Shown: positions 16,779-25,921 of the stretch, piece after piece
How the letters are laid out: each line of letters begins with the position of its first letter
Numbering within the stretch: position 1 is the stretch's first letter
Assembly (NCBI GenBank): GCA_048882045.1
Contig: JBHLRZ010000030.1
Span: 1 to 34,810 of the forward strand
DNA length: 34,810 nucleotides
Direction of reading: 5' to 3'
From: Candidatus Thorarchaeota archaeon
GTDB lineage: Archaea > Asgardarchaeota > Thorarchaeia > Thorarchaeales > Thorarchaeaceae
The notes under the pieces: model-generated
Database searches by the model: none
What the model was told of the DNA's origin: nothing
The model's input: the letters and a program-made list of their open reading frames with translations, nothing else
Translations under genes and position numbers: made by a program

Positions 16779-18992
16779 ATGGGCTTGATGAGTCCCCAGA
16801 AAATGATAGTAGCCAAGGTGGTATCCCACCGCGATAACGAAAGACAAGTTCTAATGGCACTCGAAGACTTTGCACTCTTCGAGTTCATAGATGTCAGAAA
16901 ACAAGCTGGGATTGTTGACATAAAACGAACTCGAGAAGAGGAGACCGTCTTCTCTGCTCATGAACGACTCACTCGTGTGTTGGAGTCTCTTGAAATTGAC
17001 TTCACACGAAAGACTGGAGTCCGAATTGACATAGATGATACAACTCTTGAGAGTTCTCTGAATCTAGCATCAGAGGTCATTACTGCTGTAGAGGACGAGG
17101 TCCTTGATATCGATTCAAAACTTACTATCGCTAGAATGGAGCTGAACCGTCAACATGGTATCGCAGATGTTGCAAGGTCTCTAGAACCTCTCGGAATTGA
17201 TCCAAGCCTGATTGGAACTACTGAGTACACTTTCACAACAGCTGGAATTATTCCCTCGGGTCAAGAATCGGAGCTTTCTTGGAGTATTGGAGAAGTCACT
17301 GATGGTGCGTTCTCAATGAGGACTCTTCCTCTGAAACGAGGCGGCTCAGCCTGTGTACTAACTGTGCCTGTTGAGCTGAAGGAGGCGGTTGAACGGATTC
17401 TCTCAGCCATGCAGTATGAGGCGTTCGCAATCCCCGAAGGTTCTGAAGGCAGACCAGAGAAGATAGTCAAGGACGCTACCGAGAAGATGGTCGAGCTCGA
17501 GGAGGAGATTGAACAACACGAACTCCGTAAGAATCACATCGCTACCGAGTGGGGAAATCGAATTCTTGCTGCTTGGGAAGTTCTTCTCATCGAGAGTAAG
17601 AGGGTTGACATCAAGAGCTTTGTAGTCTACACAGACCAGTCAATCAAGATGTGGGGATGGATCCCTGACGGCAAAGAAGAGGAGCTCGAGTCCTTACTAA
17701 GTGCTCGGGTGGGTCCCGCTCTGGAGGTCACCTTTGACAAGCCTGACTTTGCGGAGCATGATGCTCCCACATACCTCTCAAATCCATCATTCATGGAACC
17801 CACTGAAGATGTCGTTAAGGCGTTTGGTATTCCTTCTCGTCATGACCTAGATCCTACAAAGGTCATGTTTCTGTCATTCCCATTGATCTTTGGCCTAGTC
17901 TTTGCTGATGTTGGACAGGGCTTTCTGATTCTTCTCATTGGGCTTGCAGCCCTGAGAGCCAAGAGGAAAGGACAGGACTGGGGCGCTATCATGGGCTACA
18001 TCCAGTCTGGAGCCCAAGGTCTCATAATGATGGGTATATTCGCGATAATAGGAGGTTTCCTCTTTGGAAGCTTCTTCGGTGCTGAAACTGTGGTCGAACC
18101 GCTATGGCCAACATTTGCTCACTTTATTGATGATGGACACGGACACATGATTGTCAATCCATACAGGGCAACTCACATGCTCAAGCTCTCGATTGAGATT
18201 GGAGCTATTCACATCCTGCTTGGTATCATTCTCAACATCTACAACAAGTTCAAGCACCGTGAGATGTCCGCGTTTATTGTTGGCATCTCATATCTCTGGC
18301 TCTACTATGGCTTCATCAACCTCCTCTTCGGAGTCAGCTACAGCAGTGTAGGCGACTGGTTCAGTTCCACTGGGCAGGTCAACCTCTGGGTCCCAATTGC
18401 TGGTATAGGGTATGGGATTGGAAACAATGGAATCTATCCTGCAATCCCCGTTTCACCAATGATATTCTCGCTACTAGCATTCATTGTCCCAATGATTGTC
18501 ATGGCACTCGCCTCGTTCAAGGGAGGTATGGATGGTGTTGTGCTGTTCCTTGAGTATGCAATCGGTATGATTAGCCATACTGTGAGTTATGCACGAATAT
18601 TCGCTTTGAACACTGTTCACATCATCCTTAGTGGAGTATTCTTCACACTCGTTCCAGCCATATTCTACATACCCTTCCCTGAATTGTCGTTATTCGGAGT
18701 AGAACTCATACCACTTGAGGTCCATACAACTGACGTGTTGGCACCAGGTTATGATCCGTTGACTGGTTTAGCAAGTCCGCACTTGCCAGTACTCGGAGCG
18801 ATTATCGGGACGTTTATTGTGGGCATTCTAGAAGGACTACTGGCGTTCATGCACACACTCAGGCTGCACTTTGTGGAGTGGTTCAGCAAGTTCTACCATG
18901 CTGGTGGCATCGAGTTCCTACCATTCCATGCAAAACGTCTATTCACTTCAAGAGCCGTCCAACCAGCTGCTATCACACCTTCGGTTTCGTGA
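16779..18992 (+). CDS. atpI: A/V-type ATP synthase subunit I (a)
   Basis: P.KM at the N-terminus, PTYLSNP, DPT...FPLIFG..FAD.GQG, SHTVSYARIFAL (essential Arg) and HTLRLHFVEWFSKFY. Confidence 0.96.
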   Translation: MGLMSPQKMIVAKVVSHRDNERQVLMALEDFALFEFIDVRKQAGIVDIKRTREEETVFSAHERLTRVLESLEIDFTRKTGVRIDIDDTTLESSLNLASEVITAVEDEVLDIDSKLTIARMELNRQHGIADVARSLEPLGIDPSLIGTTEYTFTTAGIIPSGQESELSWSIGEVTDGAFSMRTLPLKRGGSACVLTVPVELKEAVERILSAMQYEAFAIPEGSEGRPEKIVKDATEKMVELEEEIEQHELRKNHIATEWGNRILAAWEVLLIESKRVDIKSFVVYTDQSIKMWGWIPDGKEEELESLLSARVGPALEVTFDKPDFAEHDAPTYLSNPSFMEPTEDVVKAFGIPSRHDLDPTKVMFLSFPLIFGLVFADVGQGFLILLIGLAALRAKRKGQDWGAIMGYIQSGAQGLIMMGIFAIIGGFLFGSFFGAETVVEPLWPTFAHFIDDGHGHMIVNPYRATHMLKLSIEIGAIHILLGIILNIYNKFKHREMSAFIVGISYLWLYYGFINLLFGVSYSSVGDWFSSTGQVNLWVPIAGIGYGIGNNGIYPAIPVSPMIFSLLAFIVPMIVMALASFKGGMDGVVLFLEYAIGMISHTVSYARIFALNTVHIILSGVFFTLVPAIFYIPFPELSLFGVELIPLEVHTTDVLAPGYDPLTGLASPHLPVLGAIIGTFIVGILEGLLAFMHTLRLHFVEWFSKFYHAGGIEFLPFHAKRLFTSRAVQPAAITPSVS

Positions 18993-19110
18993 CGAACTTC
19001 CACTTTAGTGGATGGTACAGGGCTGTGCGGAGTGCAAGTGCAGTCTACTATAGAGAAATCTAGTTGAGTACAAGTATAGGATGTAGACAGGCAAGGGAAT
19101 CAATCGAAAA

Positions 19111-21450
19111 TCATTGACCGGTTGTCCCAAGATATAGTGCTACAAGCTCTGGTTCGCCCTTCTCGCTGGGTTCCTGATCCCTGTCAATTCTCTGTCTGTT
19201 GTCCCAGATGCTCCGTGCCAGTAGGTCTGTGGTCTTGGCCCTCGTGTCGACATTTTGTGCGGCCTGTGCATCACCTACCTGCTGAAACACCTGTGCAGCC
19301 ACCGTATAGTTGCCAACAGCCTCACGGAGCTGGTCGTTTGCATCTGAGTAGTGTATCTTGGCCTTTGACTTCTGCCCAGTTCTGAACAAATACTCAGCAA
19401 GAAAGTCGTTCTTAGCACCAAGAATACGTGAGAGGTCTCCCTTGAACTTCATCACGACACCCTGAAGCTGTCGCACCTGTGCATCAACATTGTTCTTTGC
19501 ACGGATGTCTCTTCCTATAACACTGTCCAGTTCGTTTGCAGCAGCCTCGAATGATGCCACCGTCTGTTTGATTTTTGTTATAGTGCTATTATGGCTATCA
19601 AGTGCATCCTCGATGGGATCATCCTCCTCGAGCATCGCAAGCTCATCCTCCATCTTCCTGAAGGCGTTCAACCTCTCTATCTGTGCTCTGAATGCCCATT
19701 GCTCGGATTGCCTTGAGTAGACCTGGGCTTCAGATGCAAAAGCTGTTGCGAGGGCAAGTTTTCCGAGATCCACGAGTTCCTGTGCAGGTGCTTTCTCTCC
19801 AATCACCTTGTAGTAGGAGGCTGCCTCGACGGCATGCAGGTTCTCTAGAATTCTTGACATGATGAACTTGACACCATGTTGGAGCTGAGAGCTCAACTGG
19901 AATTGGATCATGTACTTCACGTTGTTCAACAATGCCAAAGTCTTATTTCGTAGTGTTCCGACCTCTTCGTCTTCAGCCTCGAGGCTCAGGAGGATTCCAA
20001 GACTGTTCAGTCCCTCCCGGATTGCATCAAGTGCATCTGCTGGTTTGGAAGCCATAACCAAATATGCCTCATCTAGAGACTTGCTGACATCCTGGATGAG
20101 CCCTGTTTTTCTAAGGTCTTTTGCAAACTCGATCTGATCAATGAGGCCACTAATGTCTGTATTCTTGCCTTTCTTTTTCTTCAACTGATCCCTGACAAAG
20201 GTGTATGTCTTCATCTCCTCTTTGATGGCACTGGTCAACTCTCGAGTCTTAGCAAGTTTCTCAGCCTTTTCGAGGTGTTTGAAGATATCTTTCAATACTT
20301 GGTTTGCTTCGGTCTTATTGTTCACCTTGATCAGTTGCGTGAGTGTCCTCACGTTAGACTCAACACTGCAGAATAAAGATTGAGCCCTCTTCTGCTCCTT
20401 GTCGACCATAGACTGCTCAGCATTTGGTTGGAGTGCTAGTACTTGACGGAAACATTTCTCAGCCCTTCCAAAAGCGTCAGAAGCCACTTGATAGAGTTTC
20501 GACGCATCTTCCAAGTTGCCAGCTCTCATCTGGGCATCTGCAATGTCATTGTATGTCATAGCAAGGTAGACTTCACTCAGCCCAGCTGTGTTCTGTTTCC
20601 AAGAATTGATTGTGGAGAGCTTCTCCTTGAGCTCCTTCTTTTTCTTGAAGTGAGGAATAGCTTCGTTGTAGAGGTCTGTGGCTTGTTCAAAGATGAAAGA
20701 ACTGATAATGTCTCTCCATAGCAGCTCATCAAAGGGATTGAAGGCTTGTCTGAACGTGCTTTCCTGTCCGATTAGCTCGTTGAGAAACTCGTCATAGAAC
20801 TCCGCTTCTGCACTCTTGTTCTTTCCGAGAATTGAGGTCAGCTCTGAATCCGTTGCTTCATGACTTTCTTTGAGAAGATTGTACGCTTGCCTACCAAGAG
20901 CGACACGACGGAGCTTCTGTGTTCCGTCAATCTTGGAAGGAATCGCAGAGAAGGGTCTCTCAAGCATTGTATAGACTGCTGCAAGAAGCTTTGAGGCACT
21001 CTTGAGTTTCTCCTCGTCCTCCTCTTCAACAAACGGTCCACTGGCTGCTGCAGCCTGATGGAGCCATGCCATCACACGAGCCATCCAAACATCAGCGAGG
21101 TTCTTCTGTGATTCAGCCATCACTTCTTCCAGAGCTTCCTCAAGCTGTTCGCGTGTATCACCCTCGCTCTGTGCAATCCTGTTCCTGAGGTAGGAGATAT
21201 CAAAGTCTGCAATCATGATCTGTTCATTGAAATCTGCAAAGTTGTTATACAACTCTGTGAAGGCGTCATGCATTTCAATACGTTTGACTTCCAGTCCAGG
21301 ACGATCATCAATGTCATGAAGGGCGAAGTCTCGCACTGCATCTTGCGCCTTGATGTTCAGCTCAAAGAGTAGACTCGTGTAAATCACAGCATCGTCTGTG
21401 TCTGTCGTGTCCTCCTTTTTCTTCTTTGAGCTTGGTAGAACGTTACTCAC
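19111..21450 (-). CDS. Large all-alpha (TPR/SNAP-like solenoid) protein, function unknown
   Basis: 779-aa ORF with GTG start and an upstream GAAAGGAG Shine-Dalgarno. Repeated helix pairs such as AGNLEDASKLYQVASDAF.RA.KCF and AVGNYTVAAQVFQQVGD. Confidence 0.7.
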   Translation of the reverse strand: MSNVLPSSKKKKEDTTDTDDAVIYTSLLFELNIKAQDAVRDFALHDIDDRPGLEVKRIEMHDAFTELYNNFADFNEQIMIADFDISYLRNRIAQSEGDTREQLEEALEEVMAESQKNLADVWMARVMAWLHQAAAASGPFVEEEDEEKLKSASKLLAAVYTMLERPFSAIPSKIDGTQKLRRVALGRQAYNLLKESHEATDSELTSILGKNKSAEAEFYDEFLNELIGQESTFRQAFNPFDELLWRDIISSFIFEQATDLYNEAIPHFKKKKELKEKLSTINSWKQNTAGLSEVYLAMTYNDIADAQMRAGNLEDASKLYQVASDAFGRAEKCFRQVLALQPNAEQSMVDKEQKRAQSLFCSVESNVRTLTQLIKVNNKTEANQVLKDIFKHLEKAEKLAKTRELTSAIKEEMKTYTFVRDQLKKKKGKNTDISGLIDQIEFAKDLRKTGLIQDVSKSLDEAYLVMASKPADALDAIREGLNSLGILLSLEAEDEEVGTLRNKTLALLNNVKYMIQFQLSSQLQHGVKFIMSRILENLHAVEAASYYKVIGEKAPAQELVDLGKLALATAFASEAQVYSRQSEQWAFRAQIERLNAFRKMEDELAMLEEDDPIEDALDSHNSTITKIKQTVASFEAAANELDSVIGRDIRAKNNVDAQVRQLQGVVMKFKGDLSRILGAKNDFLAEYLFRTGQKSKAKIHYSDANDQLREAVGNYTVAAQVFQQVGDAQAAQNVDTRAKTTDLLARSIWDNRQRIDRDQEPSEKGEPELVALYLGTTGQ

Positions 21451-21542
21451 AGTAACCTACTCCTTTCTTTTGCGACCCGTTAGGAAAGGAGCTCTAACTC
21501 CCACTTAAGAGTACTTACGCCGGATGATATGTACTATGAGAA

Positions 21543-21923
21543 TTACTCATCCACTGTTCTGAATCGGATCGAGCGGCCATCTCTAACTTTCACAAGATGC
21601 CCCTCCTCAACGAGTTTGTTCAGAACCTCACTAGTCCTAGACCGTGACCTGCCCCACTTCTCAGCCAATTCCGTGGCTGTTAGGCCGAGGTCATCATCAT
21701 GTAATAGATTCACAAGCCTGTTCCAGCTGATGTCGCCCTCTGGGATTGCGCTACCCGCGCCAAATACGTTATACTGGCCTGAGTCATAGGGTGAAGAACT
21801 GAGCTCTGACCGCTCTTTGATCCTACTTGTTAGCTCCACAATTGTGTCCTTCAGCGTGTACACAGTCTGTTTTAGTTCTCGCACCTCTTTTCGTAGTTCC
21901 TTCAGTTCCTTTTCTTCAGCCAT
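21543..21923 (-). CDS. N-terminal coiled coil plus C-terminal winged helix-turn-helix protein (putative transcription regulator)
   Basis: Heptads LKELRKEVRELKQTVYTLKDTIVEL and wHTH LTATELAEKWGRSRSRTSEVLNKLVEEGHLVKVRDGR. Shine-Dalgarno GGAGGGGTG precedes ATG 21923. Confidence 0.85.
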   Translation of the reverse strand: MAEEKELKELRKEVRELKQTVYTLKDTIVELTSRIKERSELSSSPYDSGQYNVFGAGSAIPEGDISWNRLVNLLHDDDLGLTATELAEKWGRSRSRTSEVLNKLVEEGHLVKVRDGRSIRFRTVDE

Positions 21924-21938
21924 TCTCACCCCTCCGTT

Positions 21939-22262
21939 CTACGTTGAAATGTACTCAGGACGAAACTCGATGTAGTTTCTATTCTTTTTCTTCTTCTCTA
22001 AGGATTCCTTTACAGTTGCAGCTTCGCACTCTATCTTGTCGGTCGGTTCGTATGATTCCAAGTTCTCCAAACCATCTTCCGTGTCCTCATCCGCACCAGG
22101 TAGGGGATTGACTGTACCGTTATCTATGGCATTCGGTTTTGTTTCTGAAACCGTAGAGGCCAACTCGACCATCCTGTATTCTGCCTTTTCCATTTGCAGA
22201 ATCTCTTCTATGATCTCTCTGGTCTTCTTTGAACATGACTTACGTTTGTGCCGATATGACAT
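21939..22262 (-). CDS. Small hypothetical protein (basic N-terminus, acidic disordered centre)
   Basis: Fills the gap between trmI and the wHTH gene and is co-oriented with both; ATG at 22262. Confidence 0.55.
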   Translation of the reverse strand: MSYRHKRKSCSKKTREIIEEILQMEKAEYRMVELASTVSETKPNAIDNGTVNPLPGADEDTEDGLENLESYEPTDKIECEAATVKESLEKKKKNRNYIEFRPEYIST

Positions 22263-22348
22263 TGCTTCCGACAACCGTCAACAATAATCAACAATTAAGA
22301 TATTCACTGATTCTGTGCTAATAAGGATATCCTTGCGCGAGAATCTTT

Positions 22349-23131
22349 CTACTCTGGCGGGATCATTGTCCTAGCAAAGGTCATGTATCCTGTATGAGCG
22401 ACCATCCAAGTTGTGGGACGCGTCTTGTTCTCTCTAACCATGATCTCCCGCTGGAGGACTTCAAGGGTCTTAATCATCCCCCACTTACCATTCTCGCCAA
22501 GAGCTTTGCATGTCTTCATAGTCTGCTCGATTGTCGGACTGTAACTTGCGATATAGTGACTTGGACGAAGTACTCTGTGAACCTCGTCGGTTAGTTCCCA
22601 GGGTGTTGCCAAGTCGAGGACCACTGCATCAAGATTGCCTTCTTTGATTCCATCCAGAATGTCTTGGTTATACATCGTGACATTATCAGTGAGACCGTAC
22701 TTTTCCAGATTCTTCTTTGCTCCCTTGTACATGTCTTCTCTGATCTCATATGTGTAGACATGTCCAGTCGAACCGACTGCTCTTGCGAGGATTCCAGTCA
22801 GTGCACCTGATCCCGTACCAGATTCAACAACACGAGCTCCGGCTCCTATGCCCGCCTCCAAAAGAATCGTCCCAGCATCCTTAGGATAGACAATTTGCGT
22901 GTTTCGTCCCATAAATATCTGAATGTCAGTCGGACTGGGTCTGTGGATCTGAAATACCGTGCCTGAATGGCTCTCAATTCGAATTCCGAATGGCTTCCCT
23001 ATGATGTCGTCATACTTTATGATTCCCTTATTAGAGTGGAATTCTTCCCCAGTTGCAACTCTCCGAATCCAATTTCGCTTTGCGTCAAGGAATATGAAGA
23101 CATGACTGCCATCCTGAATCTGGTCTGACAT
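22349..23131 (-). CDS. trmI: tRNA (adenine-57/58-N1)-methyltransferase TrmI
   Basis: TQIVYPKD, VVESGTGSGALT, YEIRED, VLDLATPW, YSPTIEQ and RP...MVAHTGY. Confidence 0.95.
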   Translation of the reverse strand: MSDQIQDGSHVFIFLDAKRNWIRRVATGEEFHSNKGIIKYDDIIGKPFGIRIESHSGTVFQIHRPSPTDIQIFMGRNTQIVYPKDAGTILLEAGIGAGARVVESGTGSGALTGILARAVGSTGHVYTYEIREDMYKGAKKNLEKYGLTDNVTMYNQDILDGIKEGNLDAVVLDLATPWELTDEVHRVLRPSHYIASYSPTIEQTMKTCKALGENGKWGMIKTLEVLQREIMVRENKTRPTTWMVAHTGYMTFARTMIPPE

Positions 23132-23150
23132 AGGATGTCACTGAGAATCT

Positions 23151-23609
23151 TTAGTTTTGAGTGTTGCTAAGTTTGGAACTCTCTTCTATTTCCTTGAGCT
23201 TATTTCTCAGACTTATCCCGAGCACCAGTATGTAGAATCCCTCAAATGCTGTCATAAATCCCAGAATGTTGATTGTATCTGTTGAGATACCAAAGATTAC
23301 TACTATGGTCACGATTATCAAACTAGCTGCAAGAACTCCTGAAAATCCTTTATCATAAAAATCTAGTAACAGGTTTCCTTTTCTGGTATTCCATGCTATT
23401 GCGAGAAGGGTTCCGAGTGGTAGTATGATAGCAAGAGATAGGACAAAGATGTACGTTGCTTCTAGATCTGATATTGTGAATTGCTTTGGTTGATAATTGT
23501 GGTAATTCAAAGCTATGAAGGGTATAATACAACTGAACCAGAGTCCTTTATCGACCGCCATGTTCTCTATCAGGATTTCTATCGTTCTGAGGTAATATAA
23601 GTCATTCAA
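23151..23609 (-). CDS. Small AT-rich multi-TM hypothetical protein
   Basis: About four hydrophobic segments; the start is uncertain (TTG 23609 or an internal ATG). Confidence 0.55.
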   Translation of the reverse strand: MNDLYYLRTIEILIENMAVDKGLWFSCIIPFIALNYHNYQPKQFTISDLEATYIFVLSLAIILPLGTLLAIAWNTRKGNLLLDFYDKGFSGVLAASLIIVTIVVIFGISTDTINILGFMTAFEGFYILVLGISLRNKLKEIEESSKLSNTQN

Positions 23610-23663
23610 TAGGCGAATCGCGCCGCAAAATACTATCAGGCCAAACTTTATCCGAAGTCAAAA

Positions 23664-25856
23664 ATGAGTCGTCCGGAGGTTGCACCCTTGAGAAAACCAT
23701 CCACGCCAGATGAAGATGTAATTGACGCCGCCCAAATAGCTGACAAACCAGTTGAGCTTCTACCAAAGAAGGCTCTTCCTTACCATCCGCGAGTCGGAGA
23801 CCCACTTGATCTTCTTGTTGATCTCAGTGTTGGAGTAGTCATTGGACGCTCCGAATCATTCCATCGAAAGTATAGGAATGGGGGTCTAGGAATGATTGGA
23901 GGAGTTGCAGAGTCTTCTGATGATATCTTGACGTCATTGATGGGAATGCCACTAAACCTAGACCTGATGGGCCCTCATGTGATGCTGGTTGCAGGAAAAA
24001 GAGGCTCTGGGAAGTCCTATACACTAGGGATAATTGCTGAAGAACTTGCACTAGCAATGGAACGACGTGAGATTCAGGTCGCTGCTGTTGTGGTAGACAC
24101 TGTGGATGTCTTCCGACAGATGGTCGACTCCAATGATGAACAACAGGACCTGCTGGAGAAATGGGGGCTCGAGTCTCGTGGATTTCCGGTTTCCGTTTAC
24201 ATACCTCGTAGGACCTACGTTGGTCTGCCTGATGAAGTGAAGAAGAAGAACCGATTGTTCCCTCTCTCAATCGGTCCGCGTGAGTTGACCGTATCTGACT
24301 GGGGCTATGTTCTTGAGAAGGGTGGAACTCTAAGCACAACAATGGAGAACTTGATTGGCGAGGTCCTTGATAGTATTCGGAAAGGTTACGTCCTAGGGTC
24401 CGGTGAGAAGGTCACTCTCAAACGAGACTTCAGCATCAAGGAGATGATCAAGTGTATCGAGTCCAGTCCCACAATCACAGAGCTCTACAAACCAGCTACT
24501 AAGACAGCACTCATCCAACGCTTGAAACGGGCCGACAGACTAGGTGTGTTCAATCCTGGAGGAACAAGTGCACAAGACCTCGCAGTCGCTGGTCAAATCA
24601 CAATCATCGATGTTGCACCATTAGGTTCTGATGCAGAATCTGTCCTAGCGATCCTGACGAACATGCTTTGTCGACAGGTACTCACCTACAGGATGGCATG
24701 GACAGACGAAGGGACCAGTGCTCGCGAGGAACTTCCTCCAACGTGGTTGATAATTGACGAGGCTCACACCCTAGTTCCGAGAGCTGGTCACACTCCAGCG
24801 AAGGATGCAATCATTGGATATGCAAAACTCGGTAGACGTTTTGGATGTAGTCTTGTCCTTTGTACGCAACAACCATCTGCGGTTTCTGATGATGCAATCT
24901 CCCAAGCTGACATTATTCTCTCTCACTCACTGTCTCATGATAGCGACATCAAAGCTCTTCAGCAGAGAGCTCCTGCAGTTATGCCTGAACAGTTTCGCGA
25001 CAAAGTGTTCATCAGCAGCTTGCCTCGAGGTGTCGCTCTTGCGTTCGACCAAAATACTGAGAACAAACGTGGCTTCATTATGCAAGTGAGACCTCGGCTC
25101 TCCCAGCACGGAGGTACAGACCGCCTTTCTGGACTTTTCGAAGCGGTACGTCTCCTCATCCCTGAGGATGTTGAAGAAGAGTCAGAAGAAGAGGAGATCG
25201 AAGAGGAACCTGATGTAGAAGAGGAACTTGTTGAAGAAATACCGGAAGTACCACGACCACCACTGAAGCTAAGTAAGGAAGACTGGAAGGTCCTGGATGG
25301 CTGGTTGAAGGAGTACATCGAGGAACTCTTCAATCAGCAGAAGCAGGAATATGACATCATTGATGAACCAGCTCCGAGAGTAGAAGAACCACCTCCTTCA
25401 CCAATGTCTACGGAGATGGAGTGGGAACTGGAACGTGTGCCAATCACCGAGCTTGATGTTGATCAAATCCGGGTCCGACGGTTCAGTCCTTTGACCAAGC
25501 TACTTCTTGGGAAAGCCATGACAAGACAGGTCCTCTACAGCCGTGCATCACACGAGTTCCTGTTCACATCTGAAACCGACATCAGAGAAACTCTCCTGGT
25601 GGAACGAGAGGGAGATGACCCCACGGAGGCAATCGAGGATGTGACTTCTGGGCTGCTGTCAGCGGGAATGAACCTTGACGAGCTGCTTCACGAAGGTGAG
25701 TTCACGTTTGTGTGTTTCCGAAAGGATGGTATGAGAGCTGCTTTCACGGTGGGTATCAGTGAGTCGAACATCTCAGTTCCCATTGTCGTGATTGGGACAC
25801 ACAGGAAATCTGTGGGCGAACTTGCTGACAAAATCCGTAGCGTACTACCAACCTAA
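23664..25856 (+). CDS. HerA/FtsK-superfamily (DUF87-like) P-loop ATPase with acidic linker and extra C-terminal domain
   Basis: PHVMLVAGKRGSGKSYT (Walker A), WLIIDEAH (Walker B), K.GR.FG.SLVLCTQQPS and VRPRLSQHGG, followed by a Glu/Pro-rich linker. Confidence 0.88.
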   Translation: MSRPEVAPLRKPSTPDEDVIDAAQIADKPVELLPKKALPYHPRVGDPLDLLVDLSVGVVIGRSESFHRKYRNGGLGMIGGVAESSDDILTSLMGMPLNLDLMGPHVMLVAGKRGSGKSYTLGIIAEELALAMERREIQVAAVVVDTVDVFRQMVDSNDEQQDLLEKWGLESRGFPVSVYIPRRTYVGLPDEVKKKNRLFPLSIGPRELTVSDWGYVLEKGGTLSTTMENLIGEVLDSIRKGYVLGSGEKVTLKRDFSIKEMIKCIESSPTITELYKPATKTALIQRLKRADRLGVFNPGGTSAQDLAVAGQITIIDVAPLGSDAESVLAILTNMLCRQVLTYRMAWTDEGTSAREELPPTWLIIDEAHTLVPRAGHTPAKDAIIGYAKLGRRFGCSLVLCTQQPSAVSDDAISQADIILSHSLSHDSDIKALQQRAPAVMPEQFRDKVFISSLPRGVALAFDQNTENKRGFIMQVRPRLSQHGGTDRLSGLFEAVRLLIPEDVEEESEEEEIEEEPDVEEELVEEIPEVPRPPLKLSKEDWKVLDGWLKEYIEELFNQQKQEYDIIDEPAPRVEEPPPSPMSTEMEWELERVPITELDVDQIRVRRFSPLTKLLLGKAMTRQVLYSRASHEFLFTSETDIRETLLVEREGDDPTEAIEDVTSGLLSAGMNLDELLHEGEFTFVCFRKDGMRAAFTVGISESNISVPIVVIGTHRKSVGELADKIRSVLPT

Positions 25857-25921
25857 TGCAAATTGCCCCTAATGGTCGGGCTTATAAGCCCCTGAGAAGG
25901 ACGCCCTCTCGGTGCAAGTAC

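Noticed and set aside
21543-21923. ESCRT-II or CdvB-type winged helix
   Set aside because: The recognition helix RSRSRTSEVL and basic wing look like an ordinary DNA-binding wHTH, and no Snf7 core or Vps4 gene is nearby.
21939-21960. Proteasome-docking HbYX tail on the small protein (…PEYIST)
   Set aside because: The Tyr is not penultimate, so the motif is not met.
25160-25260. GAA/GAG-rich stretch as a tandem repeat or CRISPR array
   Set aside because: It simply encodes the Glu-rich linker; no regularly spaced direct repeats were seen here or elsewhere in the window.
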